64,000 nucleotides of DNA from Firmicutes bacterium UBA3943 (lineage in GTDB: Bacteria; Bacillota; UBA4882; UBA10575; UBA3943): assembly GCA_002385625.1 (NCBI GenBank), contig DGDV01000021.1, positions 5,474 through 69,473 of the forward strand. Direction: 5' to 3'. The notes beneath the pieces were generated by a model. It was not told the origin of the DNA. It searched no databases and saw only the letters and a program-made list of their open reading frames with translations. Each line of letters starts with the position of its first letter. Position 1 is the stretch's first letter. Both the position numbers and the translations under genes were made by a program. Of the stretch, positions 61,548 through 64,000 are shown in pieces.

Positions 61548-62288
61548 TTGTTGGAAGGTCTTTTCAGGAAAAACCGTTTTATTTATGTAATTTGTTTAAT
61601 TAGTGTTTTACTGGTTATTACTGGGTTTAAAGGAATTAACCGGCAGGCGAAACAGTCCCAGACGAAAACGCAAGAGGCAATAATTAATGACCAAATTAAT
61701 GAAGTGAATAAACATCTAAAGTTACATCCAACGGATCATATGGCCTACCGGAAGCGGGGCAAGTTATACCGGCAAATTAAAGATTATAAAAAGGCTTTGC
61801 ATGATTTAAACAAAGCAATTAGCTTGGCGGATTATGATCACTACTATGCCGATCGGGCCAATATTCGCCGCAAAACAGGTGATATCAAAGGGGCAATTGA
61901 CGATTTGTCCATCGCAATCGAGAAAAGTCATGGATCCGCGAAATACTTGAACAACCGGGGTTGTTTATACATTAAACTTAACGAATATAAGAAAGCCAAA
62001 AATGATTTTTTAGAAGCCTTTGACAAATCTTGGGGTAGCGATTGTTCGGTCATGTTTAATCTGGCGCAAACATATGAGCTCTTAGGGGACAGGGAAAAGG
62101 CGTTAAAAAACTATCATAAGGCTTCCCGGATTTTTAGTTCAGATTACTTGCCTGAGCAGGCAAGGAATAAAATGAAGGCCAGGCTTGCTGGTGACTGGAA
62201 CAGCTATAAAAATTGGGAAGAATCCCGGTATGCAAAGGAAGTTGTTTATCACGGTGATAAAATTTATACTGAAGAGGATGCAGACTAA
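61548..62288 (+). CDS. membrane-anchored TPR-repeat protein
   Basis: 246 aa. N-terminal TM helix (FIYVICLISVLLVITGF). Several TPR-like units (AYRKRGKLYRQIKDYKKALHDLNKAI...). AT-rich codon usage. Confidence 0.75.
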   Translation: MLEGLFRKNRFIYVICLISVLLVITGFKGINRQAKQSQTKTQEAIINDQINEVNKHLKLHPTDHMAYRKRGKLYRQIKDYKKALHDLNKAISLADYDHYYADRANIRRKTGDIKGAIDDLSIAIEKSHGSAKYLNNRGCLYIKLNEYKKAKNDFLEAFDKSWGSDCSVMFNLAQTYELLGDREKALKNYHKASRIFSSDYLPEQARNKMKARLAGDWNSYKNWEESRYAKEVVYHGDKIYTEEDAD

Positions 62289-62402
62289 AGCGATTCAATA
62301 TGGAAATTCTGGGATATTCCTGGAGATGCAATGAAAGTATTCACGTGGTTAGGAATTGATCAATTTAAACTAAACAGTACTTAATCGGGGAAAACCCGGA
62401 AT

Positions 62403-62437
62403 AAATGAAAAGGAGCTTTTCAGCTCCTTTTCATTTT
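62403..62437. terminator. bidirectional terminator between convergent genes
   Basis: Perfect 14-bp stem AATGAAAAGGAGCT (62404-17)/AGCTCCTTTTCATT (62422-35) with loop TTTC, flanked by A/T runs. Confidence 0.85.
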
Positions 62438-62508
62438 GGCAGTTTTAATGTTTCGAAAAGGGCACCTACAACGGTTTTTCCCTGGGATAGTTGACATTGA
62501 AAGTGTAA

Positions 62509-62727
62509 TTAATTGTTTTTTTTATGCCTAAGTTGGACCTGTTTAATCCGCCGGTTAAGATATTCACTTTTCAGGACATTTAACGCTCTTTGGAAACGAT
62601 AGATTAATGTCTTAATGTTTTGCGGGTTCCGAAGTGAACCCGAAGCCAGTACGGACTCAAGATACCTGATCCGCTTGTCGACGACCTGAATGCACTCCAC
62701 AAGCGTGTTGTCGTCAATATCGTCCAC
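62509..62727 (-). CDS. small helical protein, paralogue A (function unknown)
   Basis: 72 aa. GTG start 7 nt after AGGAGTG. Shares TL..(C)IQ......LE..L.S..LR....I..LI......ALN.LK..YL with the adjacent ORF. Confidence 0.6.
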   Translation of the reverse strand: MDDIDDNTLVECIQVVDKRIRYLESVLASGSLRNPQNIKTLIYRFQRALNVLKSEYLNRRIKQVQLRHKKNN

Positions 62728-62753
62728 AATTAGTCACTCCTGTGGAATAAATT

Positions 62754-62978
62754 TTACTTGATCAATTCTTCATAACTCGGGTAATTATCGACACCGGGCA
62801 ATTCTTCTAAATAAGCTTTCTTTAACTCATTTAATGCCTTCTCATAGCTGAAAATTAAATCCTGAATATCAGCATGATCCCGCAAAGTCTCGGAAGTAAG
62901 TAATTGTTCAAGCTCTTTAAATTTTCCATTAAGAGCTTGTATTGCACACATTAAGGTACTGATACTAACATTAGCCAT
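62754..62978 (-). CDS. small helical protein, paralogue B (function unknown)
   Basis: 74 aa. Its ATG overlaps the stop of the upstream reading frame (AATGGCTAA, 8-nt overlap). Confidence 0.6.
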   Translation of the reverse strand: MANVSISTLMCAIQALNGKFKELEQLLTSETLRDHADIQDLIFSYEKALNELKKAYLEELPGVDNYPSYEELIK

Positions 62979-63445
62979 TTTCTATCATCGCCTTTCGTAT
63001 CTTAGCATTCCGCGCTAGTTCATCTAACAACCTAATGAATTTTGTCTTCGGCATAGTATAATCGGGGCTAAGAGTATAATGAGTTGCGTTATATTTTGTG
63101 TTAAAGTCGTCTTTTGTTATAATAAGTCCGCTGGGGATTTTTGTTCCCTTAGGGAGCTCAAAATTTGTCCAATAGGCTGAGCCAAACACCCCGGATTTAT
63201 CAAATAGGGATATACCTCGCTCGAGCTCGGCCTTAACATGTAAAATACTTTGAATGTTTTTGTATCAATGTCTGGGGGTCTAAAACTTCCTGGTCTAATT
63301 TCTTTTTTTTCAAAATCCGGGTATAAAGGATTTGTCGCTGTTGATGTTTTATGAAGAGCCCGCACAGGTAAAGACTTAGTTCGCCTCTGTAGATTCGCCC
63401 GATCTCACCTCTGCTTATCAGCAAATCTTCAATAGTCTGATACAA
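62971..63445 (-). pseudogene. frameshift-disrupted gene (three overlapping frames) of unknown family, upstream of the two mini-proteins
   Basis: ORFs 63445-63233, 63365-63117 and 63189-62971 overlap by 133 and 73 nt in three different frames. Frame changes coincide with an A8 run (63303-63310, coding strand) and an A5 run (~63261-63265). The last frame reads ...ELERGISLFDKSGVFGSAYWTNFELPKGTKIPSGLIITKDDFNTKYNATHYTLSPDYTMPKTKF... but has no start codon of its own before GTG 63189. Confidence 0.6.
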
Positions 63446-63848
63446 TTGCTACCACCATCCCTTTTTGATTCTAGGTATATACCAAAGGGATGGCGAGATC
63501 AATATAAAAAATACTGTAAATTCTGGCATATTCCTTTTGTGAACCTTTCTGTTATTCATTTTGATGATATTTTTTGACAATACCAACAGTCAATATTTTT
63601 AAGTATGTTGGTTTGTCGGGCCAAATTTAGTACCATGTTTATAACAGAGTCTTTGTATAGGCCGTAATTGATGAACGAAGGAATGCAGAGGATTTTTGTT
63701 AGACAGATTTCTAAGTTAGTTTTGGGTTTTTATCTGTTGTTGCAAATATAATCTTAGCGGAGACCCGACCCCAAATTTTTTAATTGAGCAGGTAAAATTC
63801 GCGAGGTATAGAATGAACTAACCAACATAGAAGCTGGGAGGGGTCTCC

Positions 63849-64000
63849 ATGGCGGTGCAACTTAGGAGGGCGGAGGACGGGTCGGTGCGGGTCAGTTTCC
63901 CTTATGATTACGAACGGGTGAGGAAGATTAGGAGCATCCCCGGGTACCGCTGGGTGGAGGCCACCAAGGAATGGCAGTTGCCGGGGGACGAACAAACTGT
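63849..64000 (+). CDS. tyrosine recombinase/integrase, N-terminal fragment (runs off window end)
   Basis: ATG 63849 follows GGGAGGGG. MAVQLRRAEDGSVRVSFPYDYERVRKIRSIPGYRWVEATKEWQLPGDEQ matches the N-terminal F-P-Y...ik.ipgrrW....k.W.vP module seen in many XerC/D-like integrases (from memory). The catalytic domain is not in the window. Confidence 0.55.
   Translation, partial: MAVQLRRAEDGSVRVSFPYDYERVRKIRSIPGYRWVEATKEWQLPGDEQT

Noticed and set aside
63075-63352. Two H-x-T/S-x tetrapeptides (HKTS, HYTL) about 90 residues apart in the decayed gene, reminiscent of 2H phosphoesterases
   Set aside because: The first motif has non-hydrophobic x positions and lies in a different reading frame. Likewise, the IYRGE ... 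TSTA spacing is far too short for an R-S-E ADP-ribosyltransferase. Both ideas are over-reading of short motifs.
63759-63848. 8-bp inverted repeat GGAGACCC / GGGTCTCC, with the second arm between the integrase RBS and ATG
   Set aside because: The best promoter candidate (TTGAGC-17-TATAGA, 63784-63812) lies downstream of the first arm. The two arms would then not be on the same transcript, and 8 bp over an ~80-nt span is weak evidence.

Overview
This is a 64-kb chromosomal segment from a Firmicutes/Clostridia-like anaerobe. The lineage is inferred only from gene order (spc/alpha ribosomal operons, then ecfA1A2T-truA-rplM-rpsI) and protein similarity. About 90% of the window is conserved core. 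It carries the 3' half of the ribosomal superoperon (rplN' to rplQ with secY, adk, map, infA, rpoA), ECF energising modules, a class A PBP, and pflB/pflA behind a recognisable ZTP (pfl-motif) riboswitch. It also carries an F1Fo ATP synthase operon, the tsaC-ywlE-rpiB-upp neighbourhood, a membrane pyrophosphatase, a DUF4912 + GH57::GT4 alpha-glucan locus, and a TetR-controlled tripartite RND/TolC efflux operon. A complete V/A-type ATPase operon, ldh, rnhA and three tRNAs complete the core. Only the last ~3 kb is accessory: it is AT-rich, lies next to tRNA-Gln/Glu, holds a decayed gene plus two paralogous mini-proteins, and ends in an integrase. No CRISPR array, rRNA or recognisable defence system was found. 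The most unusual observations are these: an F1 alpha subunit fused to a delta C-terminal domain with no delta N-domain; a family-4 UDG interrupted by an in-frame TAG; sodium-type signatures in both the V-ATPase rotor subunit and the pyrophosphatase, next to a proton-type F-ATPase; a GH57-GT4 fusion; a coiled-coil insertion in YwlE; and a catalytically dead AdoMetDC-fold protein. I did not identify one clearly novel multi-gene system.
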